32,000 bases of DNA from Psychrobacter cryohalolentis K5 (GTDB lineage Bacteria > Pseudomonadota > Gammaproteobacteria > Pseudomonadales > Moraxellaceae): the NCBI RefSeq assembly GCF_000013905.1, contig NC_007969.1, positions 2,520,001 through 2,552,000 on the forward strand. The letters are read 5' to 3'. A program made the translations under genes and the position numbers. The notes below the pieces were generated by a model, which saw nothing but the letters and a program-made list of their open reading frames with translations, had not been told where the DNA came from and searched no databases. Below are positions 24,677 to 32,000 of this stretch, one piece after another (the stretch's first letter is position 1; every line of letters starts with the position of its first letter).

Positions 24677-24757
24677 TTAATGGGGTTTTTTATACTTTAT
24701 TTAGTATGATGAATAAGCAGATACTGCCTTCTGTCACACTATCCAAGCAATAGTTAC

Positions 24758-25324
24758 TTAGATTTTACCAACCAGATCAAGACTTGGTTTTAAAGTCTCT
24801 TGACCAGCTTCCCAAGCGGCTGGGCAAACTTCGCCGTCGTTTTCACGAACATATTGTGCCGCTTTTACTTTACGTAGCATATCTTTTGCACTACGGCCAA
24901 TACCGCCAGCATGGATTTCAGCAACTTGAATTAAGCCGTCTGGATCTACTAAGAATGTACCGCGCTCAGCTAGACCAGCTTCTTCAATCATGACATTAAA
25001 GCCACGAGTGATACGGCCAGTAGGATCACCAATCATTGGGTAAGTTACTTTACCGATTGCTTCTGAAGAATCATGCCATGCTTTATGGGTGAAATGTGTA
25101 TCCGTTGATACTGAGTACACTTCTACGCCTAAACCTTTTAACTCGTCGTAATGACCTGCCATGTCTTCAAGTTCAGTTGGGCAAACAAAGGTAAAATCGG
25201 CTGGGTAAAATAGGAAAATTGCCCAGCTGCCTTTTACGTCTTCTGAAGTAATGGTTTTAAATTCACCATTTACAAACGCATCTGCTGAAAATTCTGGGAT
25301 TTCTTGATTGATAATAGACGCCAT
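24758..25324 (-). CDS. ahpC: Alkyl hydroperoxide reductase subunit C (typical 2-Cys peroxiredoxin)
   Basis: 188 aa. Peroxidatic FTFVCPTE and resolving EVCPAAW motifs. AAGGAG SD 6 nt upstream. Confidence 0.97.
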   Translation of the reverse strand: MASIINQEIPEFSADAFVNGEFKTITSEDVKGSWAIFLFYPADFTFVCPTELEDMAGHYDELKGLGVEVYSVSTDTHFTHKAWHDSSEAIGKVTYPMIGDPTGRITRGFNVMIEEAGLAERGTFLVDPDGLIQVAEIHAGGIGRSAKDMLRKVKAAQYVRENDGEVCPAAWEAGQETLKPSLDLVGKI

Positions 25325-25375
25325 GAGTGGCTCCTTTTTTTGATTGATTAAAGTTTCGTTAATTGAAATTTATTT

Positions 25376-25408
25376 ATAGATTTGCATCTATTAACCCTTA
25401 CACTATCG
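25376..25408. promoter_or_regulatory. Candidate OxyR-binding region in the ahpC-oxyR divergent intergenic region
   Basis: ATAG/CTAT tetranucleotides occur at roughly helical-turn spacing (ATAGATTTGCATCTAT at 25376-25391, CTAT at 25403-25406, further CTAT copies at 25433 and 25447). This only approximates the ATAG-N7-CTAT-N7-ATAG-N7-CTAT consensus. Confidence 0.3.
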
Positions 25409-25602
25409 GGGCTACCTGACAAACTATACGCGAATTCTATGGTTAATCCAGTTAAAAGTTTTTAATGTGATGTTTTGTTTTATTAAACTTGTTAAACTAT
25501 TCTCTCTACTTTTTATATTTATACATCAATGAACATTGATAGTGTACACAAGATAAATAAGTAAAACAAATTGCATGAAAAACTCATTATTAGAGAGGTT
25601 TT

Positions 25603-26511
25603 ATGATTACTTTACGTCAACTTGAGTTCGCCTTAGCCGTCGCCAAACACCGTCATTTTAAACGTGCAGCAGAAGATTGTAATATCTCGCAATCAGCGCT
25701 GAGCTTGGGTATCGCTGAGTTGGAAAAACAGCTTGATACACAAATTTTTGAGCGAAATAATAAACAAGTCTTGATCACCCCTATCGGTGAAGATATCTTG
25801 GTGCGGGCGCAGCGGGTGTTTTCTGAAGTCAACGACTTGACCACCCGTGCGCATAGCCATCAATCGCCCCTTGCCTACCCTATGACCGTTGGTATTATTC
25901 CAACGATTGCACCTTATCTGCTACCAAAAGTGTTGCCTGCGCTGCGTGAGCACTATCCAGAATTTCGTATGACTATCGTCGAGCAACAAACCGAACGCTT
26001 GCTTGAGCAAGTGCGTTATGGACATATTGATACCGCTATTATTGCACTACCTTATGCGGTAGATGGTTTACATAGTTTTGAGTTTTGGAGCGAAGACTTC
26101 TTTGCCGTCTTTCCAAAAAATGATGTACATGCCAAGCTCAAAACGATCAACGCTGATGAGCTGGCAACGGCAAATCTCATGTTACTTGGCGAAGGGCATT
26201 GCTTGACTGACCAAACGCTATCTGTCTGCCATTTTGACCGTGCGCAGATGAAATCCAGCTTTTCAGATGCCAGCTTAAACACACTTATTCAAATGGCACT
26301 TGCTAATATGGGTACGACGTTAGTGCCAGAAATGGCGTTAGACCAGCTGCATCTACAGAACCAAAATGCGGTCGCTGTGCCACTGGCTGAGCAAGGCCCT
26401 CATCGTCATATTGCCTTTGTCACACGTCTAAATTATGCCCGTGTCGATGATGTCAATTTGCTTGGTAAAGTGTTTAAGCAGGCATTTGAAGACGCTGCCA
26501 ATAAGAAGTAA
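25603..26511 (+). CDS. oxyR: LysR-family hydrogen peroxide-sensing regulator OxyR
   Basis: 302 aa. N-terminal HTH LRQLEFALAVAKHRHFKRAAEDCNISQSALS. Redox cysteines lie in GEGHCLTDQTLSVC (equivalent to E. coli C199/C208). Divergent to ahpC. AGAGG SD. Confidence 0.93.
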   Translation: MITLRQLEFALAVAKHRHFKRAAEDCNISQSALSLGIAELEKQLDTQIFERNNKQVLITPIGEDILVRAQRVFSEVNDLTTRAHSHQSPLAYPMTVGIIPTIAPYLLPKVLPALREHYPEFRMTIVEQQTERLLEQVRYGHIDTAIIALPYAVDGLHSFEFWSEDFFAVFPKNDVHAKLKTINADELATANLMLLGEGHCLTDQTLSVCHFDRAQMKSSFSDASLNTLIQMALANMGTTLVPEMALDQLHLQNQNAVAVPLAEQGPHRHIAFVTRLNYARVDDVNLLGKVFKQAFEDAANKK

Positions 26512-26556
26512 ATAACAATTTCTAAATGATAGACAATCATCAAACGAAGGTTGAAT

Positions 26557-27231
26557 ATGGACGGATTGTCACAAATAGAGACTGAGCTTGGTAAGGTTTT
26601 TGAGTGGCATTTAATAGCTATTAACAATACTATCAAGCTCGCGAAAGTTAAAGCGCTTTGGCAAGATATCGCCGTGCGCTATAATGAAACCCAGCGTGCT
26701 TATCATAGCTTGCAGCATATTCAGCAATTATTTTTGCAGTTTGAACAGATTAAGCATCATTTGAATGAGCTGCATATCATCGCTTTGGCGCTCTATTATC
26801 ACGATGTCATTTATGATCCAAGGCGCTCAGATAATGAACTAAAAAGTGCAGAGTATATGGTAGAGGCATTAAGATGCTATCTGAGTGCTGAGCAATGCCA
26901 ACATATCTACGCACTGATTATGATGACAGCCACTCATGAGCTGCATGAATGTCTAGATAAAGATACTGTCAGTGACGCCGCTTATCTCTTAGATATGGAT
27001 TTAAGTATTTTGGGTACGCCTTGGTCTGAATATGAGGTCTACGCACAAGCGGTGCGTCAAGAGTACCGCCATATAGCAAACGAGGATTATCGTACTGGGC
27101 GTATTACAGTCTTGCAGAAATTACTCTCACACCCAGTACTTTATTTGACAGCGTATTATCATAACTACTTCGAAGTACAAGCTCGAGACAATATCAAGCG
27201 TGAAATCAGTCTTTTACATGCATCTCAATAA
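26557..27231 (+). CDS. Uncharacterised HD-like metal-dependent phosphohydrolase family protein (COG4339-like)
   Basis: 224 aa from ATG 26557 (AAGG SD 7 nt upstream; the track starts at TTG 26551). RYNETQRAYHSLQHI and LALYYHDVIYDP motifs recall the predicted HD-phosphohydrolase family often mis-annotated as an NMDA receptor subunit. Confidence 0.55.
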   Translation: MDGLSQIETELGKVFEWHLIAINNTIKLAKVKALWQDIAVRYNETQRAYHSLQHIQQLFLQFEQIKHHLNELHIIALALYYHDVIYDPRRSDNELKSAEYMVEALRCYLSAEQCQHIYALIMMTATHELHECLDKDTVSDAAYLLDMDLSILGTPWSEYEVYAQAVRQEYRHIANEDYRTGRITVLQKLLSHPVLYLTAYYHNYFEVQARDNIKREISLLHASQ

Positions 27232-27811
27232 AAAGCTCACTGCCTTGCCGTGCTGGGTGTGAATTGTAACTCGGCTCCATAATATCAATGTCAAAATGAG
27301 TCGCAAAACGCTGCTGATATTCATCTTTTGTACCGCCAAACGGTGGCTCATCTCGCCCAAAATCTTTGTCAAATAGCAACCCAATCAGTTTACCATTCGG
27401 CTTCACTAATGATGCCATCTGCTGCACGTACTCGTCACGGCGTGATGGATTTATCGCACAAAAAAACGTCTGCTCAAGCACCCAATCAAACTGATATTGC
27501 TCAGGCGATAACTCAAAAAAGTCGGCACAGATTAGATGCTTAGCTGGAAAATTAGGATAACGCTCAGCAAACGCTGCAATCGGCGCAGGGGCAAAATCAA
27601 CCAAGGTGACATTGGTAAACCCTTGCTCATGTAGATAACCCACCTCGTAAGCATTACCTGCACCCGGCACTAAAACAGCCTGATTTTTAGCGGCTTCAGG
27701 TAACTGGTCAATATAAGCTTTTAGTGGCGGCGACACCTGTCCCATATCCCAACCGATACTGTCTTGCTCATAACGCTGCTGCCAAAACTGCGCTTGATTG
27801 ACGTTTTCCAT
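27206..27811 (-). CDS. SAM-dependent methyltransferase, thiopurine/thiol/halide methyltransferase (TPMT) family
   Basis: 201 aa. FWQQRYEQDSIGWDMG N-terminal motif and SAM-binding VLVPGAGNAYEVGYL. AGGGA SD 6 nt upstream. Confidence 0.72.
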   Translation of the reverse strand: MENVNQAQFWQQRYEQDSIGWDMGQVSPPLKAYIDQLPEAAKNQAVLVPGAGNAYEVGYLHEQGFTNVTLVDFAPAPIAAFAERYPNFPAKHLICADFFELSPEQYQFDWVLEQTFFCAINPSRRDEYVQQMASLVKPNGKLIGLLFDKDFGRDEPPFGGTKDEYQQRFATHFDIDIMEPSYNSHPARQGSELFIEMHVKD

Positions 27812-27917
27812 ATGACATCCCTGTAGATAAATCTATTATTTAAACGACACGATTCGTACCGTTATGTCTTATCATATCAGGCTTATCGACATGACTGAAA
27901 CCACCCAAGTATTATTT

Positions 27918-28613
27918 CTAATCGAGCTGACCACCTTTACCTGCCAGCATATCGTGCCAATGCTGATAGTCAGGCATCGCAGTCGCTACGATTTGCCAGA
28001 ACGCGCGGCTATGATTGGCATGATGTAAATGACACAGCTCATGGACGATGACGTATTCGGTGCATTCAATAGGATAAGCAGGCAGATACACAGATAACCA
28101 AATTCGGCTCGCACGCGTGTTACAACTGCCCCAGCGCGTATGCATTTTTTTTAGGCGTATCTCATTGGCTGTCGCACCGACAATCGGTTGCCACTTTGCA
28201 AATAATGCAGGCATTGCTTCAGAAAGATGTTGCCGATAATAGGCAATTTTTTTATCGTGGTTTAAGGTGAATGGTTGCTTTATCCCCCACAATAGCAAGG
28301 TGCTGTCAGCCGTTGGAGATTCCTTTGAAGGAAATTGTTGGCGCTTATATTGTTCTAAGACTTGTGGGTGGTTTTCTATCGCCCATGGCACGCGCCTTGC
28401 TACAGCCTGTGCGACTTGTGTTGAGCTAATAAACGATGGCACAGACACCATTAGCTTATGTGGCTTTAAGCGAAAATTAATATTTTTAACCCGCTTTTTG
28501 CTTATTTGTAATTCAATGCCTGCCTCTGACAAACATTGAATAGTGTTTTGCAACAAAGGACTATGGTACTCAGGTGTCACATTCATATCATAGTGCTTGC
28601 AAATGATTATCAA
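27918..28613 (-). CDS. DUF45 / YgjP-like (M48/WLM-type) metal-dependent hydrolase
   Basis: 231-aa track ORF. HELCHLHHANHSRAFW (HExxH...H) and RWGSC motifs. The more likely start is ATG 28586, which sits 1 nt after the TGA stop (28588-28590) of the upstream DUF1513 gene. Confidence 0.8.
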   Translation of the reverse strand: MIIICKHYDMNVTPEYHSPLLQNTIQCLSEAGIELQISKKRVKNINFRLKPHKLMVSVPSFISSTQVAQAVARRVPWAIENHPQVLEQYKRQQFPSKESPTADSTLLLWGIKQPFTLNHDKKIAYYRQHLSEAMPALFAKWQPIVGATANEIRLKKMHTRWGSCNTRASRIWLSVYLPAYPIECTEYVIVHELCHLHHANHSRAFWQIVATAMPDYQHWHDMLAGKGGQLD

Positions 28614-30165
28614 AAGACATTGTATGGCGTCTGCTATCTGTGCCGATATTGTAATTTTTGGCGATAGCGTCTGTTTTTAGTTCTGAGTCTAATATTGTTA
28701 AATCATTGACAGTTAATCTGGTTAATTGACCTTGCCCATCACTAACGATAAAACCGGATTGTTGCTCTATATTAGTCTTAACAACATCGTTACCACTGCA
28801 TATATTACGGCTATAAACGGAAGCACCTGCACAATCTGGCAAACTGATAGAGTTGATTAGAGCTCGAGTCGTTAAATCAAATATTGCTGCACACCCACCC
28901 ATTGGCGTGGTTACACATAGTAAATTGCGTTTACTATCAACCGCAACGCTAGCGATATATTGGTGGAAGCGTTGCCATTGGTTATTTGGCATCATAAGGG
29001 GTTTAAAATCAGCATCACCGCGCTTGTGCGTCAATACTAATGGCACATTGATATGCTTTTCACCTTGGAACTGAATGCCTATCATCACTGTGCCATCATC
29101 GTGCATGGCTAGGTGACGCACACTCATTTGATTATGCTCAGGCATAATTTGTTCAAGTAAATCGCCATTATGGCGGTTTAAGTACACCAATGATGGGTGC
29201 ATAGTATCGAGATTAAGCTCTTCACGCGATGCTCTCTCGGTCTTGATACCGCCATTAGCAATTACCAACGTTTTACCGTCTGGATGCATAATGAGCTCAT
29301 GTGGACCTATACCGTACGATTCAAATTCTGCTATTTTTTGATAACCATTTTTAACATCATAAACACCGATTTTACCGTCTAAAATTAGCGTGTCATTTTC
29401 AGTCACGTATAACTTTGAGCCATCTGAGCTATAGCAAGCATGACCATAAAAATGACGGTTGTTTGCAGCGTTGAGCACAAATTTTACTTGTCCTGTCGCA
29501 GTATCAAGCACCCAGAATTTTTCACTAGGACGACGACCCATGACCACTACATCACGATTTTGATTGTGATTAACAAAGGTGTTTTGAGAATCAAAGGCAG
29601 GTTGGACGACAATATCATGGACACGTTCAGGCATGGTCGTTTGCCAAACGATTTGTCTATCGGCATCAATACCGACTACACCAAAATCATTTTCATCACT
29701 CTCACTTAGCAGTGAGATGTCTTTTGGCATAGAAGCCACGCCACTGACCCAGTATACAGGGCGAGTCAGCATAGTAGTGGTATGCATTGACCTAAAATCA
29801 TTCGCAGACAAATCACGGCTACTAGGCTGGTTATCATTCATTGGTAGACGATACGCTTGTTGCCACGTTGACGCTGCCTGCTTGCAGGCGTAGCGCAAAC
29901 GTCTAAGCATTGACTTGGAACCAGTAGCAGCTGATTGCACAGCATTCAATTGAGCATAAATACCGCTCACATAATCTTGCAGGCGAGCGTCAGCTAGGCG
30001 TTGCTTACGATAACGATGATGAATACCGACGAATGTTGCCGTACCAAGCGCTGTCAATAATGAGGTTATCAGCAGTTCACGGCTAAACGGTTTTGCTTTT
30101 AGCGCATCCGACTCCCTATAATTTTTACTCACTAAGACCTTTTGACTCGCTTTGATAATAGCCAT
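28588..30165 (-). CDS. DUF1513-domain (beta-propeller) protein with long atypical N-terminal region
   Basis: 525 aa. The C-terminal ~370 aa (RVHDIVVQP, HFYGHACYSSDG, GIGPHELIMHPDG, SVRHLAMHDDG) fit the repeated-blade DUF1513 pattern. The ATG is 3 nt after the imelysin stop. Gene order imelysin-DUF1513 matches the conserved four-gene cluster. Confidence 0.75.
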   Translation of the reverse strand: MAIIKASQKVLVSKNYRESDALKAKPFSRELLITSLLTALGTATFVGIHHRYRKQRLADARLQDYVSGIYAQLNAVQSAATGSKSMLRRLRYACKQAASTWQQAYRLPMNDNQPSSRDLSANDFRSMHTTTMLTRPVYWVSGVASMPKDISLLSESDENDFGVVGIDADRQIVWQTTMPERVHDIVVQPAFDSQNTFVNHNQNRDVVVMGRRPSEKFWVLDTATGQVKFVLNAANNRHFYGHACYSSDGSKLYVTENDTLILDGKIGVYDVKNGYQKIAEFESYGIGPHELIMHPDGKTLVIANGGIKTERASREELNLDTMHPSLVYLNRHNGDLLEQIMPEHNQMSVRHLAMHDDGTVMIGIQFQGEKHINVPLVLTHKRGDADFKPLMMPNNQWQRFHQYIASVAVDSKRNLLCVTTPMGGCAAIFDLTTRALINSISLPDCAGASVYSRNICSGNDVVKTNIEQQSGFIVSDGQGQLTRLTVNDLTILDSELKTDAIAKNYNIGTDSRRHTMSFDNHLQAL

Positions 30166-30168
30166 TAT

Positions 30169-31332
30169 TTAATCACCGTCGTTACTGTTAAAGCCGACAC
30201 GGAGACCAAGTGCCGGAATCAATTGACGCTTAATTAAGCGCGTAACGTTAGTAAGATGATCATATAATTCTTGCTGCTTGGCTTTATCGGCAGTGGCTAA
30301 ATCTTCTGGCATTTGTGCCAATAACGTAGTGGTATCAGCGAGCGCAGTCGATAGATTGTCAGCCACGTTATTTTCACTGTTGCTGCCCAAGATAGCAGTC
30401 AGTACCGGATCGGTCATGGCTTTATTTAAAGTCGCTAATTTTGCATTGATAATCGCGCGGCTTTGCTCTGCGGTCGCAGCAGGTAGATGACCTTTGGCTT
30501 TACCGCTCAAGCCTAATGGCTGATCAATGGCGTTAGATTTCATCGTCTCAACCAACGACAGTAGGGAATTAATCCATTCGTTCAATCCTTGGTCGCTCTC
30601 AACAGTTTTATCAATTGCTAATAGCTTAGTCGCATTTTGTTGCCAGTTTTTCTCAATAGCTTTTAAGCGTGTGCTCAGCGCACTACTCGCGCTTATAACA
30701 TACGCACACTGACCAGCGTCCAAGCTGTCATTGGCATAAAGCACCTCTTCTAAACCGGGCACACCTTGGACAACGGCACTTTCATTAGCAAGTTGTTCAG
30801 CGGTCAGTTTTGGATTGGCAGCGATAAGATCCGCCACTCCGCTATGTACCAAGCCGCGCTCGTCAGGGTAATAATTGATATAAAGATTACTCATACTGGC
30901 GGTCGCAGGACCGAAGTTGACCATTTCAGCACTTGCCCATGCTTGTGCCAATACTAGCCACTGGTCACGTAGCGCTTGCAATTCATCACCGTTGACTGGC
31001 GCTTGTTGACAATGTTTTTGTGCCAAATCATGCAACAAATCACTTTGTTTCGCCGCGTCAGCGTAAGCAGGTATGACAATCTCATTGGCTACATGGGTCA
31101 AATAGGTCTTTTCAGTCTCAGCACTGATATCGACAGCGACTATTTTTTCAACATTCTTATCTGTATTGCCATCAACCGCAGAATTTTCGCCAGCTTTCGG
31201 CTCAGCACTGTCTTGTGCAACTTGGCGATCTACTTCAGCCGCTTTATTGTCATCAGCAGGTTTGACGCAACTAATAAGTATGCCAGCACTTAATGCCGAG
31301 AGCGCCATTGCTAGCGCATGGTTTATTTTCAT
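30169..31332 (-). CDS. Imelysin-family (peptidase M75-like) lipoprotein, apparently lacking the HxxE metal motif
   Basis: 387 aa. Signal peptide with lipobox ILISC. Helical, Ala/Leu/Gln-rich two-domain protein placed between the DUF1111 and DUF1513 genes, as in the Pseudomonas PA4370-4373-type cluster (recalled from memory). Confidence 0.7.
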   Translation of the reverse strand: MKINHALAMALSALSAGILISCVKPADDNKAAEVDRQVAQDSAEPKAGENSAVDGNTDKNVEKIVAVDISAETEKTYLTHVANEIVIPAYADAAKQSDLLHDLAQKHCQQAPVNGDELQALRDQWLVLAQAWASAEMVNFGPATASMSNLYINYYPDERGLVHSGVADLIAANPKLTAEQLANESAVVQGVPGLEEVLYANDSLDAGQCAYVISASSALSTRLKAIEKNWQQNATKLLAIDKTVESDQGLNEWINSLLSLVETMKSNAIDQPLGLSGKAKGHLPAATAEQSRAIINAKLATLNKAMTDPVLTAILGSNSENNVADNLSTALADTTTLLAQMPEDLATADKAKQQELYDHLTNVTRLIKRQLIPALGLRVGFNSNDGD

Positions 31333-31453
31333 AGATTTCTCAGTAATATTATCAATCGTTATCGTCGAGTATCAGTATCACAGTGATAGAGCCGTCAGGC
31401 GGATAACCTTATCTATCTGTCATTGAAAGATTAAAAAATACACAGTCAGACGC

Positions 31454-32000
31454 TTATAATGACTGTAAAAACGCACTCAATTCAGTACGTCCTTGTTTAT
31501 CAAGCATCAGCACTTTTTGCTGCTGTTTTTTTGCTTCGCCGCCATGCCATAATACCGCTTCCATCAGCGTGCGGGCACGTCCATCATGTAAAAACGTCGC
31601 TTGCGGATCAACGGTTTGGGCAAGTCCAATTCCCCATAAAGCCGGCGTACGCCACTCATAAGAATTGGCTAAAAACTCAACTTGCCAATTTTTTGGCGGC
31701 AGTTTGCCAGCGATAGTGCGATCCGCAAGCTCATCACCCATGTCATGTAACAGCAGATCTGTATAAGGATAAATCACTTGTCCATGCTGCTCAAGATGAT
31801 CATCAGCGGTTTTTGGTAGCTGATATCTTGGCGTATGGCAGCTTTGACAACCCATATCATAAAAGCGTTTTTTGCCTGCTAATACCAATTTATCCTCTGC
31901 ATTACGGCGGTGCGGTACTGCCAAATTGCGCGTATAAAATTCTACAAATTTTGCCACTTCATCGTTGACTTCAACCGCAGGCTTACCATTGCCTTGCTCA
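31454..32000 (-). CDS. DUF1111 di-haem cytochrome c-type oxidoreductase, C-terminal part; gene continues past the right window edge
   Basis: The frame is open to the window end. The CQSCHTP haem-binding CxxCH motif and the FLHDGRARTLMEAVLWHGGEA C-terminal signature are typical of DUF1111 thiol oxidoreductase-like proteins. Confidence 0.8.
   Translation of the reverse strand, partial: EQGNGKPAVEVNDEVAKFVEFYTRNLAVPHRRNAEDKLVLAGKKRFYDMGCQSCHTPRYQLPKTADDHLEQHGQVIYPYTDLLLHDMGDELADRTIAGKLPPKNWQVEFLANSYEWRTPALWGIGLAQTVDPQATFLHDGRARTLMEAVLWHGGEAKKQQQKVLMLDKQGRTELSAFLQSL

Noticed and set aside
22403-25324. I considered whether the IS plus neighbouring genes form a composite transposon or genomic island.
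   Set aside because: Only one IS copy is present, with its own 3-bp TSD, and in-silico excision restores a clean terminator. The flanking genes (ahpC, ahpF, oxyR) are core genes of similar composition.
28267-31426. Numerous 61-105-aa plus-strand ORFs antisense to the DUF45, DUF1513 and imelysin genes.
   Set aside because: These are shadow frames of long minus-strand genes, with no translation signals or motifs.
1-32000. I scanned for CRISPR arrays, defence systems, toxin-antitoxin pairs and prophage remnants.
   Set aside because: I saw no regularly spaced direct repeats. I saw no nuclease, helicase or ATPase genes of the defence type, no small overlapping gene pairs typical of TA modules, and no integrase next to the tRNA-Gly gene.

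Overview
This is a 32-kb chromosomal window from a moderately AT-rich gammaproteobacterium. Gene content and synteny (ygfB/zapA, split glyQ-glyS, nadR-pnuC, ahpC/oxyR, imelysin-DUF1111-DUF1513) suggest Moraxellaceae, probably Psychrobacter; that is inference and cannot be verified here. I support 36 protein-coding genes, two of them cut by the window edges and two belonging to an IS. I also support one tRNA-Gly(GCC) with its own promoter and terminator, one intact 1423-bp IS3-family insertion sequence, and about ten rho-independent terminators. I found no rRNA, CRISPR, prophage or recognisable defence or toxin genes. Most of the window is ordinary core genome, and I do not see a convincing brand-new multi-gene system. 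Five items deserve a second look. (1) A divergent sulfide/persulfide-stress locus (14.0-19.9 kb) is built around a BigR/SqrR-type two-cysteine ArsR regulator. It has an unfused MBL persulfide-dioxygenase candidate, a CQPC thioredoxin-2, a SulP transporter, two standalone DUF442 genes and a BASS transporter. (2) The IS3 element inserted precisely into the hairpin of a bidirectional terminator between ahpC and a DUF465 gene, and it carries fold-back structures at both ends. (3) ahpC and ahpF are uncoupled, and a set of mutually exclusive perfect hairpins (or an operator palindrome) lies upstream of ahpF. (4) The NadR homologue has no HTH domain, and both NMN-adenylyltransferase signature motifs are degenerate. 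(5) The DUF1513 protein is atypically long and appears membrane-anchored, within the imelysin/di-haem cluster. All family assignments come from reading motifs by eye and from memory of the families; no searches were run.
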